This document shows, piece after piece, positions 27,612 through 35,976 of a DNA stretch of 64,000 nt. The stretch's first letter is position 1; the number at the start of each line of letters is the position of its first letter. The notes beneath the pieces are model-generated. The model did not search any database. It had not been told where the DNA came from and worked only from the letters and a program-made list of their open reading frames with translations. Source of the DNA: a virus; the IMG/VR virus record IMGVR_UViG_3300032224_001591, positions 64,001 to 128,000 of that record. One strand, given 5' to 3'. Both the position numbers and the translations under genes were made by a program.

Positions 27612-28121
27612 ATGAAAAAACAAATTAACGAAATCAAAAGAATGCAACTTATCGCTGGTTTAATTACTGAAAGTGAATATCAAGAGTCAATGACTAAAAT
27701 AGACGAATCTAAAGATATTAACCAAACCCTAACATCAGGAGGTTTTGATCCTATCGATGATGAAAAATTATTGATGAAAGCATCAAAAATTCTATCTTTA
27801 ATAGGTGGTAATCCAAGTGCAGAAGCAGTTAATGCTCTTGTTATGGTTATTGAAGATGCTGAAGGTGGAAATATATCTTGGAATGAATCAATGAACGAAG
27901 CTGAAGATACTTTATCATCATTTAAATCATTAGATCAAATGAATGATTATCTTGAAAAAGGTGGTTGGGATCCATATGAAGTAGCAGATGAAAAAGCAGA
28001 AAAAAAAGGTTTAATGTTAATCAACAAATATATTAAATCTAATATTTTAGATAAAGGAAAAACTTTATCCCCAAATAAATTAAATGCTTTGTTAATAAAA
28101 ATCGAAGATTTACTTCCTTAA
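27612..28121 (+). CDS. Leader-family protein 4 (two related internal modules)
   Basis: MKKQINEIKRMQLIAGLITESEY; GG(F/W)DP...DEK...NAL...IED occurs twice. Confidence 0.7.
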   Translation: MKKQINEIKRMQLIAGLITESEYQESMTKIDESKDINQTLTSGGFDPIDDEKLLMKASKILSLIGGNPSAEAVNALVMVIEDAEGGNISWNESMNEAEDTLSSFKSLDQMNDYLEKGGWDPYEVADEKAEKKGLMLINKYIKSNILDKGKTLSPNKLNALLIKIEDLLP

Positions 28122-28151
28122 TAAAACATAATTAAAATAAAAATTTAAATT

Positions 28152-28176
28152 AAGCTTGGGAAACCAAGCTTTTTTT
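28152..28176 (+). terminator. Rho-independent terminator closing the leader-gene array; overlaps a degenerate CTTGG-N19-TATCGT promoter
   Basis: AAGCTTGG-GAAA-CCAAGCTT followed by a T run. Confidence 0.8.
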
Positions 28177-28204
28177 ATTATCGTTATCGGAGACAATAGA
28201 GGTT

Positions 28205-29485
28205 ATGGCATTTTACTTAATAGAAAATACGGAACAATTATCAACGTTTTATTACCAAGAGTTCAAACGAGCTTTTGTAGAAGTAATTCCGTTTAATGAT
28301 TTAGTACACCCAACCTTAAATAAAGTATCATTAGTGTATATTAAACCCTTAACGGATGATAACGAAAAAGGTTACATGATATGCATTGACCATAGTGAAG
28401 CATTAAACGTGCAAATAAAACACGTAAATCAAGTACTTAAAAGCTTTGACGAAATATATGTTAGAGACAAGAAAACGTTTTTATACTACTTTCAACTTAA
28501 AAGCAGCTTAGACATTACCCACACCACTCCTACGTATATACACCCCACAACGCAAGTCCACACACATTTTTATAATACGTATTCTTCGCGACTTGATATA
28601 AACCGCATTATACCGCTAGTTAAACACTACCAACGTTGTGAAGCCATATTTGAACAAGTAAAAGATCATTGTGTAACCTTAACTAGTAAAACAAATGATG
28701 TCTTAGCATATTCATTTCTATTTATTGAAAAAAACGGCATCAAAATAGATGAAACATTATTTAAACAATACTTTAAACCTACAAATGAGTCATTTAGCAT
28801 TAAAGACGGTAAGATTTATACACAATATAACTTACATACTACAACCGGACGCCCCTCAAATAGTTTTAACGGCGTTAATTTCGCGGCTCTAAACAAAGAC
28901 AACGGCTGCCGACAAGCATTCATACCGGAACATGATCGATTTATGGAAATCGATATTTCCGCCTATCACCCAAATATAGTAGCGCAACTTGTTGATTATC
29001 GGTTTGATAAACCGATTTACGAGGCATTTGCCGAATATGCTGGTGTTGAAATAAAGCAAGCGAAGGAATTGATGTTTAAACAACTATACGGAGGAATATA
29101 TACGGAATATAAACAATGGGAGTTTTTCATTAAAGTACAGGAATATATAGATAAAATCTGGGAACATTTTGAAACGCTTAATTGGGTTATGGTTCCGAAT
29201 TCGGGTAAGTATTTTTATAAGGATAGATTGGGTGAAATGAATCCGCAAAAGTTGTTTAATTATTTTTTACAAAATTTGGAGACCGTAAATAACAGTCGTA
29301 TCATTCAGGATATAATTAAGGTTTTAAGAGGTAAAAATACAAAGTTGGTTCTTTATACTTACGATGCGTTCCTGTTTGACTTAGATGATACGGAAAAAGA
29401 TATTATTGACGAATTAAAAGAGATATTCAGTTCCAGGGAACTGCAAATAAAATATAAATATGGAACAGATTACGACTTTGAATAA
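28205..29485 (+). CDS. Family A DNA polymerase-like protein (short, 426 aa)
   Basis: TTTGRPSN, motif A IDISAYHPNI, motif B KELMFKQLYGG, motif C YTYDAFLFD. Confidence 0.8.
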   Translation: MAFYLIENTEQLSTFYYQEFKRAFVEVIPFNDLVHPTLNKVSLVYIKPLTDDNEKGYMICIDHSEALNVQIKHVNQVLKSFDEIYVRDKKTFLYYFQLKSSLDITHTTPTYIHPTTQVHTHFYNTYSSRLDINRIIPLVKHYQRCEAIFEQVKDHCVTLTSKTNDVLAYSFLFIEKNGIKIDETLFKQYFKPTNESFSIKDGKIYTQYNLHTTTGRPSNSFNGVNFAALNKDNGCRQAFIPEHDRFMEIDISAYHPNIVAQLVDYRFDKPIYEAFAEYAGVEIKQAKELMFKQLYGGIYTEYKQWEFFIKVQEYIDKIWEHFETLNWVMVPNSGKYFYKDRLGEMNPQKLFNYFLQNLETVNNSRIIQDIIKVLRGKNTKLVLYTYDAFLFDLDDTEKDIIDELKEIFSSRELQIKYKYGTDYDFE

Positions 29486-29933
29486 GCAGCGTAATATTTA
29501 TTGGGAGAATCTAAACGAAAGTTTTAACCTATTAAATATTACAGAATTGAATAATAGATTATTTTGTAGCTTTACTACCTTAGATGGCATCGATCCATTA
29601 GTAGAGAGTATAACAAATTCATATACGATAATGTACAACAAAATGTTTGTACTTTATATTAAGAGTACTGATGAGTACGTAGTTACATATAACGTTGAGC
29701 AAGGCAATGTTAGTGATATTCCTGACAATACTATATTGGTTCACAGGAAAAAGGAAAGCAATACATTATATACAATCAATGCGTTAAACGAGTTGATTAA
29801 AAAATTAAATGGTGGTGTTGTTAATCCTAAATTTATTATTGATTGGCAACATTATAGAAATTGTGTGTTGTTAACCAATCATAACGAGTTGAAACAATTG
29901 AATACTAAGATTTACAAGATAGTAGAGCTATAA
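29460..29933 (+). CDS. Conserved phage hypothetical protein
   Basis: TILVHRKKESNTLYTINALN motif; 157 aa. Confidence 0.6.
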   Translation: MEQITTLNKQRNIYWENLNESFNLLNITELNNRLFCSFTTLDGIDPLVESITNSYTIMYNKMFVLYIKSTDEYVVTYNVEQGNVSDIPDNTILVHRKKESNTLYTINALNELIKKLNGGVVNPKFIIDWQHYRNCVLLTNHNELKQLNTKIYKIVEL

Positions 29934-29959
29934 TATTTATACCGTACAAATAGAACACG

Positions 29960-30526
29960 ATGAACGAGTTTAAAAAAATGCAAAAATTGGCTGGTATTAT
30001 TACCGAGTCTCAATTAAACGAAGCTGAATTAGAAAATTATATGTTCTTTTCAAATTTAAAACAAATGAAAAGACAAATTGAAATGATGATGGAGATGGAT
30101 CCTGTTATGATTGATAGTATTCTTCAAAATGGCCATGATTGGGCTGACGATCATATTTCTGAAGCAAAAACTAATATGGATCAAGTATTTGATTTTTTAA
30201 AAAATGAAATGGATAAAAGTTATCCATTAAACGAAGAAGTATATGGTGGTCAATCCGTAGATAGAGGTGAAACTGGATCTTCAATTGAATTTGAAGTAAA
30301 AGAAAACACACCAGAATATTATACAATTGATTATACTATTACTCCTAATTCAAAATATTCATCTAGATCTGCTGCTAGAAATTATGTACGTACTAAAAAA
30401 AGCGGAACAGCACGAATTAAAAAAAATTACGATTCATCTCAAAAAGAATGGATAACAGTAGAAGGCGATAGTTTTCTCGTAGGTAAACAGTTCGCAAAAG
30501 AAATATTCGGCGATAAAATGGATTAA
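29960..30526 (+). CDS. Leader-family protein 5
   Basis: MNEFKKMQKLAGIITESQLNE; internal PLNEE; has its own ATATTTATA upstream. Confidence 0.7.
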   Translation: MNEFKKMQKLAGIITESQLNEAELENYMFFSNLKQMKRQIEMMMEMDPVMIDSILQNGHDWADDHISEAKTNMDQVFDFLKNEMDKSYPLNEEVYGGQSVDRGETGSSIEFEVKENTPEYYTIDYTITPNSKYSSRSAARNYVRTKKSGTARIKKNYDSSQKEWITVEGDSFLVGKQFAKEIFGDKMD

Positions 30527-30532
30527 AATAAA

Positions 30533-30552
30533 GAGCTTTCGAAAGAAAGCTC
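30533..30552 (+). terminator. GAAA-loop hairpin after leader-family gene 5
   Basis: GAGCTTTC-GAAA-GAAAGCTC; lacks a clear U tract. Confidence 0.5.
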
Positions 30553-30559
30553 AAATAAA

Positions 30560-30589
30560 CTTGGCTTAGCCAAAATAGGTTATTATATT
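30560..30589 (+). promoter_or_regulatory. Putative promoter CTTGG-N19-TATATT
   Basis: cttggcttagccaaaataggttattatatt upstream of the SSB gene. Confidence 0.7.
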
Positions 30590-30614
30590 AATGTTATAAA
30601 AAAATAGATTAGTT

Positions 30615-31445
30615 ATGGATTTATCAGAAATCAAATCGAGACTGAACGCAATGCAGTCAAACTCCAAAGGAAACGGAGGCGGTGAAAGGAAACAAGTATT
30701 CTTTAAACCAAGTGTCGGTAAACAAGCCGTACGCGTTGTACCAAACAAGTACAATAAGAAAAACCCATTTACCGAAGTATTAATTCACTATACTATCGGA
30801 AACAAAGCAATGATCTCTCCATTGAACTGGGGTGAAAAAGATCCAATTGTAGAATTTGCAAAAGAACTTCGTAAAACAAGTGACAAAGACAACTGGCGTT
30901 TGGCTAAGAAATTAGAACCAAAAATGCGTGTATTTGCTCCTGTAGTAGTACGTGGCCAAGAAAGTGACGGTGTCAAATTATGGCAGTTCGGTAAAGAATT
31001 ATATATGGATTTCTTGAACCTTGCAGACAATGAAGATGTAGGTGATTTTACTGACATCGCTGAAGGTAGAGACATTACTTTAACCACAGTAGGACCTGAA
31101 GTAACTGGTACTGCGTATAATAAAACAACTATTATGCCACGTACAAAACAAACACAGTTATCAGATGACAAAACATTGGTTAAATCATTGTTAGAAAATC
31201 AACCTAACCCAATGGAAATCTTCAAGAAATATTCTTATGATGAGATGAAACAAGCTCTACAAGAATGGTTAAATCCTGAAGATGAAGCACCAGAAGAAGG
31301 TTCAATTATCGATGATGAAAAAGAACCAGAAAGTGACTTACCTTGGGAAGATCCAGCTCCTAAAAAAGCAAATTATAGCTTAAACACAGCTAAAAAACCA
31401 GTGAGCAAAGCAGACAAATTTGATGCTATGTTCGACGACGAATAA
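30615..31445 (+). CDS. Single-stranded DNA-binding protein (T4 gp32-like)
   Basis: FFKP, DPIVEF, GVKLWQFGK, GRDITL; acidic C-terminal tail DAMFDDE. Confidence 0.8.
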   Translation: MDLSEIKSRLNAMQSNSKGNGGGERKQVFFKPSVGKQAVRVVPNKYNKKNPFTEVLIHYTIGNKAMISPLNWGEKDPIVEFAKELRKTSDKDNWRLAKKLEPKMRVFAPVVVRGQESDGVKLWQFGKELYMDFLNLADNEDVGDFTDIAEGRDITLTTVGPEVTGTAYNKTTIMPRTKQTQLSDDKTLVKSLLENQPNPMEIFKKYSYDEMKQALQEWLNPEDEAPEEGSIIDDEKEPESDLPWEDPAPKKANYSLNTAKKPVSKADKFDAMFDDE

Positions 31446-31469
31446 TCACAAAATAAAAATTAGTTATAT

Positions 31470-32552
31470 ATGGCAAAAGGTAAAAATTCAGCATCGCTGA
31501 CAGCGGCAGTGTCTTCTGAACTTAGAAGTAAGTTCGACTTGAATAAATTCAAGGAAAAAAAGATGTTGTCTGCGAACACAAAGTTCAAAGAACAAAAGTG
31601 GATTCCCCTTAGCCCTGCATTTCAAGAAATAACCTCTGTGCCCGGTATTCCTGCCGGTCACATTGTGTTACTTCGAGGTCACAGTGATACAGGTAAAACA
31701 ACCGCAATGATTGAAGCAGCAGTTTCTGCTCAAAAAATGGGTACATTACCTGTATTTATTGTTACTGAGATGAAGTGGAATTGGGAACACGCAGTACAAA
31801 TGGGATTAGAAATTACTCCTGTACCGGATCCAACAACCGGCGAAATTACTAGTTATGAAGGTAATTTCATTTATGTTGACCGTGAATCATTACATACAAT
31901 TGAAGATGTAGCAGCATTTATTTTAGATTTAGTAGACGAACAGAAAAAAGGTAACTTACCATTTGATTTATTATTCTTATGGGATAGTATTGGTTCAGTA
32001 CCTTGCGAATTATCAGTTCGTTCAAATAAAAATAATAATGAGTGGAACGCAGGCGCAATGTCAACTCAATTTGGTAATGGTGTAAATCAAAGAATAGTAT
32101 TATCACGTAAAGAAAGTTCACCATATACAAATACTCTGGTTTGTGTTAATAAGGTATGGACAGCAAAAGCTGAAGTTCCAATGGGACAACCAAAACTTAT
32201 GAATAAAGGTGGTTTTGCAATGTGGTTTGACGCAACATTTGTTATTACCTTTGGTAACGTATCAAATGCTGGAACTAGCAAAATTAAAGCTATTAAAGAT
32301 AGTAAACAAGTTGAATTTGCTAAACGTACAAACATTCAGATTGATAAAAACCACATCAATGGTATTACCACAAGAGGTAAAATCATTATGACACCACATG
32401 GTTTCATTAACGATACTGAGAAGGATCTTAAAGCTTATAAAGAAGCTCATGCTAAAGAATGGGTTAAAGTATTAGGCGGAATGGATTTTAACATCTATGA
32501 AGAAGAAGAGACATCAGAATCAATGAACACATTTGACCAAGAACCAGATTAA
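31470..32552 (+). CDS. uvsX: RecA/UvsX-like recombinase
   Basis: Walker A GHSDTGKT, FLWDSIGS, GGFAMWF; replication-module context. Confidence 0.8.
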   Translation: MAKGKNSASLTAAVSSELRSKFDLNKFKEKKMLSANTKFKEQKWIPLSPAFQEITSVPGIPAGHIVLLRGHSDTGKTTAMIEAAVSAQKMGTLPVFIVTEMKWNWEHAVQMGLEITPVPDPTTGEITSYEGNFIYVDRESLHTIEDVAAFILDLVDEQKKGNLPFDLLFLWDSIGSVPCELSVRSNKNNNEWNAGAMSTQFGNGVNQRIVLSRKESSPYTNTLVCVNKVWTAKAEVPMGQPKLMNKGGFAMWFDATFVITFGNVSNAGTSKIKAIKDSKQVEFAKRTNIQIDKNHINGITTRGKIIMTPHGFINDTEKDLKAYKEAHAKEWVKVLGGMDFNIYEEEETSESMNTFDQEPD

Positions 32553-32553
32553 T

Positions 32554-33594
32554 ATGAGCAACAAAAAAGACTTACTTAAACTTCTCGACAACATGTCTGA
32601 GGATAACGCCAATGACGACAAAGTTCATGACCGAGTTATTTTAATAGATGGATTAAATCTATTCTTAAGAAACTTTGCAATGATAAACTTTGTAAACTCT
32701 TCAGGATCGCACATTGGCGGTTTAGGTGGTTTTCTAAGATCGTTGGGTGCTCTGATTAATCAGATACAACCTACCTCTGCCTATATGATATTCGACGGAA
32801 TAGGTTCTTCTACTAACAGGAAGAACTTACTCCCCGAATACAAATCAGGACGTAATATTACTCGTATTACTAACTGGGATGTATTCGAAGATTTAGGAGA
32901 TGAAAACGATGCTAAAGTAGATCAAATTCGCAGATTAATACATTATCTGGATTGCCTACCAGTTAAAACCATCTCAATCGATAAGGCCGAAGCCGACGAT
33001 ATTATCGCTTATTATAGCGATATATTACCCAAAAAATATGGCTCTAAAGTATACATTGTTTCAAGTGATAAGGATTTCTTACAGTTAATAAACGAAAACG
33101 TTATTGTATATCGTCCAACTGAAAAAGAATTCTATAACCGTGAAATGATTAAAAATAAATTTGGAGTATTAGCTGAGAATTTTATATTATATAAAACACT
33201 TTTAGGTGATAATTCCGATAAAATACCAGGTGTAAAAGGTTTAGGTGAAAAAGGAATATTTAAAAAATTCCCTGAATTACAAACCACACCTATGACATTA
33301 GAAGATTTATTTGAATTAAGCGCTTCTAAATATAAAGAACACGTAGTTTATTCTCGAATCGTAATGGAACGAGATCGTTTAGAAAATACTTATAAAATAA
33401 TGAATTTAAAAAGTCCGTTGTTAAGTGATGTAGAAAAAGAGTTTTTAGAAGAAGTTGCAGAAGAGCCAACTCCTACTTTGAATATTGAAAAATTTTTACG
33501 ATATTACGGAGAAGATGGCTTAGGTCATTTAATTAAAAACACAGAGTATTGGTTAAACAACACATTTAAAGTATTAAACAGTTTTAATAAATAA
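32554..33594 (+). CDS. 5'-3' exonuclease / flap endonuclease (T4 RNase H-like)
   Basis: LIDGLNLFLR, YKSGR, EADDIIA, SSDKDFLQL, GDNSDKIPGVKGLG. The ATG at 32554 is preferred over the TTG at 32533. Confidence 0.9.
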   Translation: MSNKKDLLKLLDNMSEDNANDDKVHDRVILIDGLNLFLRNFAMINFVNSSGSHIGGLGGFLRSLGALINQIQPTSAYMIFDGIGSSTNRKNLLPEYKSGRNITRITNWDVFEDLGDENDAKVDQIRRLIHYLDCLPVKTISIDKAEADDIIAYYSDILPKKYGSKVYIVSSDKDFLQLINENVIVYRPTEKEFYNREMIKNKFGVLAENFILYKTLLGDNSDKIPGVKGLGEKGIFKKFPELQTTPMTLEDLFELSASKYKEHVVYSRIVMERDRLENTYKIMNLKSPLLSDVEKEFLEEVAEEPTPTLNIEKFLRYYGEDGLGHLIKNTEYWLNNTFKVLNSFNK

Positions 33595-33597
33595 GTT

Positions 33598-34968
33598 ATG
33601 ACATTAATAAATTTATCACAATATGGACCTGGTTTCCAGATCAAAGTATTGTCTTCATTATTAACACACAAAGGATTCTTATTGAATATCCATGATGTAC
33701 TAAGTGAAGATTACTTTGATAACTCAGCCCATAAATGGGTGGTGAGAGAAATTCTTAAGTATTATCAAAAATACCACACTACTCCTACAATGGAAGTGTT
33801 AAAGGTAGAATTGAAAAAAATTGACAACGAAGTTATGCAGTTGTCAATTAAAGAACAACTTAAGGAAGCATATAAAGCATCAGATGAAGATTTAAAATAC
33901 ATCGAAGAAGAATTTAGCAATTTTTGTAAAAACCAACAATTAAAAAAAGCACTATTATCTAGTGTTGATTTATTAAACGCAGGTGATTATGATTCTATTA
34001 GACATTTAGTTGACAACGCTTTAAAAGCAGGTCAAGATAAAAACATAGGTCATGAATATGAAAAAGATACTGAATCACGTTATCGTGAAGAACATAGAAT
34101 AGCAATCGCTACTCCATGGGATAAATTTAATGATTTATTACAAGGCGGACTTGGTGGAGGTGACTTTGGTTTGATATTCGGTAATCCTGGTGGTGGTAAA
34201 TCTTGGTCATTAATCGCATTAGGCGGACACGCTGTTAAAATGGGATATAATGTTATCCATTACACACTAGAATTAGGTGCGGATTATGTTGGAAGACGTT
34301 ATGACGCTTTCTTTACAGGATGTGATGTTGGTAAAATTACTAAACATAAAGCACGAGTGGAAGAAATTATCGCAGAATTACCTGGTAGATTAATTATTAA
34401 AGAATATTCACCAGGCAAAGCAACAATATCAACATTAGAATCACATATTAAAAAATGTATCGATTTAGAATTCAAACCTGATTTAATCATTATCGACTAT
34501 GTTGATCTATTGAGATCAAAACGTAATAATCGTGAACGTAAAGAGGAAATTGACGATATTTATCTTAGTACTAAAGGATTAGCTCGAGAATTAAACATAC
34601 CAATTTGGTCAGTTTCTCAAGTAAATCGCGCGGGTGCAAAAGACGATATTATTGAAGGCGATAAAGCAGCAGGATCTTATGATAAAATCATGGTCACTGA
34701 CGTAGCAATATCCCTTTCACGTAAACGTCAAGATAAAGTAAACGGTACTGGTAGATTTCATATTATGAAAAACAGGTATGGTATGGATGGTTTAACTTAC
34801 TCGGTTAGAGTTAATACAGCAAATGGTCATTTCGAAGTGAATGATACTATAGAAGACGATGACGAACCATCCCAACCAACTCAGAATAATAATAGTTTCA
34901 ACCAAATCGATACTTTCGACAAAAAGCATCTTGCACAAAAGTTTTTTGAATTAACTCCAAACATATAA
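33598..34968 (+). CDS. DnaB-like replicative helicase (T4 gp41-like)
   Basis: GNPGGGKS, YTLEL, IIIDYVDLL, SQVNR, MKNRYG. Confidence 0.9.
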   Translation: MTLINLSQYGPGFQIKVLSSLLTHKGFLLNIHDVLSEDYFDNSAHKWVVREILKYYQKYHTTPTMEVLKVELKKIDNEVMQLSIKEQLKEAYKASDEDLKYIEEEFSNFCKNQQLKKALLSSVDLLNAGDYDSIRHLVDNALKAGQDKNIGHEYEKDTESRYREEHRIAIATPWDKFNDLLQGGLGGGDFGLIFGNPGGGKSWSLIALGGHAVKMGYNVIHYTLELGADYVGRRYDAFFTGCDVGKITKHKARVEEIIAELPGRLIIKEYSPGKATISTLESHIKKCIDLEFKPDLIIIDYVDLLRSKRNNRERKEEIDDIYLSTKGLARELNIPIWSVSQVNRAGAKDDIIEGDKAAGSYDKIMVTDVAISLSRKRQDKVNGTGRFHIMKNRYGMDGLTYSVRVNTANGHFEVNDTIEDDDEPSQPTQNNNSFNQIDTFDKKHLAQKFFELTPNI

Positions 34969-34974
34969 AAATAA

Positions 34975-35964
34975 ATGAATAAAAATATTTTAACACCACG
35001 CATAATTTATAAACCCTTTGAATACCCCGAAGCATATGACTACTGGTTAAAACAACAACAAGCACATTGGTTACATACAGAAGTTCCCATGATGTCAGAT
35101 TTAAATGACTGGAATCAAAATTTAACCGCAACTGAAAAAAATGTAATAGGTTCTATTTTAAAAGGTTTTGCCCAAACCGAAACAATTGTGAATGATTATT
35201 GGAGTGGATTAGTTACAAAATGGTTTCGTAAACCTGAAATTATAATGATGGCTGTTACATTTGCTAATATGGAAACAGTACATGCTGAAGCATATGCATT
35301 ATTAAATGAAACTTTAGGTTTAGATAATTTTAGCGAATTCCTTGAAGATGAAGCTACAATGGCGAAAATCCAAACACTAATGGACGTTAGAGATCACCAC
35401 ACATCAGAAGAAAATTTACCTGAAATTGCTAAATCATTAGCTATATTCTCAGCGTTTACTGAAGGTGTAAATTTATTTAGTTCGTTTGCTGTATTATTAT
35501 CATTCAAACTAGAAAATAAACTTAAAGGTGTAGGTCAAATAGTTGAATGGAGTATTAGAGATGAATCAATGCACTCAGAAGCCGGTTGTTGGTTGTTTAG
35601 AACATTAATGGAAGAAAAACCAGAATTAAAAACTGACGAATTAATTAAAAGTATTAAAGAAGCAGCATTATTATCGTTAAAATTAGAATTAGATTTTATT
35701 AATAAAGTTTTTGAATTAGGTGATTTAACAACTATATCAAAATATGATTTAATTAATTTTATCAAACATAGAGTAAATACCAAAATGAATGATTTAGGTT
35801 TACGTGCTGTGGTTCCTACAAAGGATATAGATAAAGAAGCAGTTAAAAGAATGAAATGGTTTGACTCATTAAGTGCTGGAAAACAACATACAGATTTCTT
35901 TGCATCACGAGTAACCAATTATAGTAAAGGAACAATGACTTGGGACGAATCAGCAATTTTTTAA
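34975..35964 (+). CDS. nrdB: Ribonucleotide reductase class I beta subunit
   Basis: HWLHTEV, ETVHAEAY, EGVNLFSSF, RDESMH, TDFF. Confidence 0.92.
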   Translation: MNKNILTPRIIYKPFEYPEAYDYWLKQQQAHWLHTEVPMMSDLNDWNQNLTATEKNVIGSILKGFAQTETIVNDYWSGLVTKWFRKPEIIMMAVTFANMETVHAEAYALLNETLGLDNFSEFLEDEATMAKIQTLMDVRDHHTSEENLPEIAKSLAIFSAFTEGVNLFSSFAVLLSFKLENKLKGVGQIVEWSIRDESMHSEAGCWLFRTLMEEKPELKTDELIKSIKEAALLSLKLELDFINKVFELGDLTTISKYDLINFIKHRVNTKMNDLGLRAVVPTKDIDKEAVKRMKWFDSLSAGKQHTDFFASRVTNYSKGTMTWDESAIF

Positions 35965-35976
35965 TAAAACAAATTT

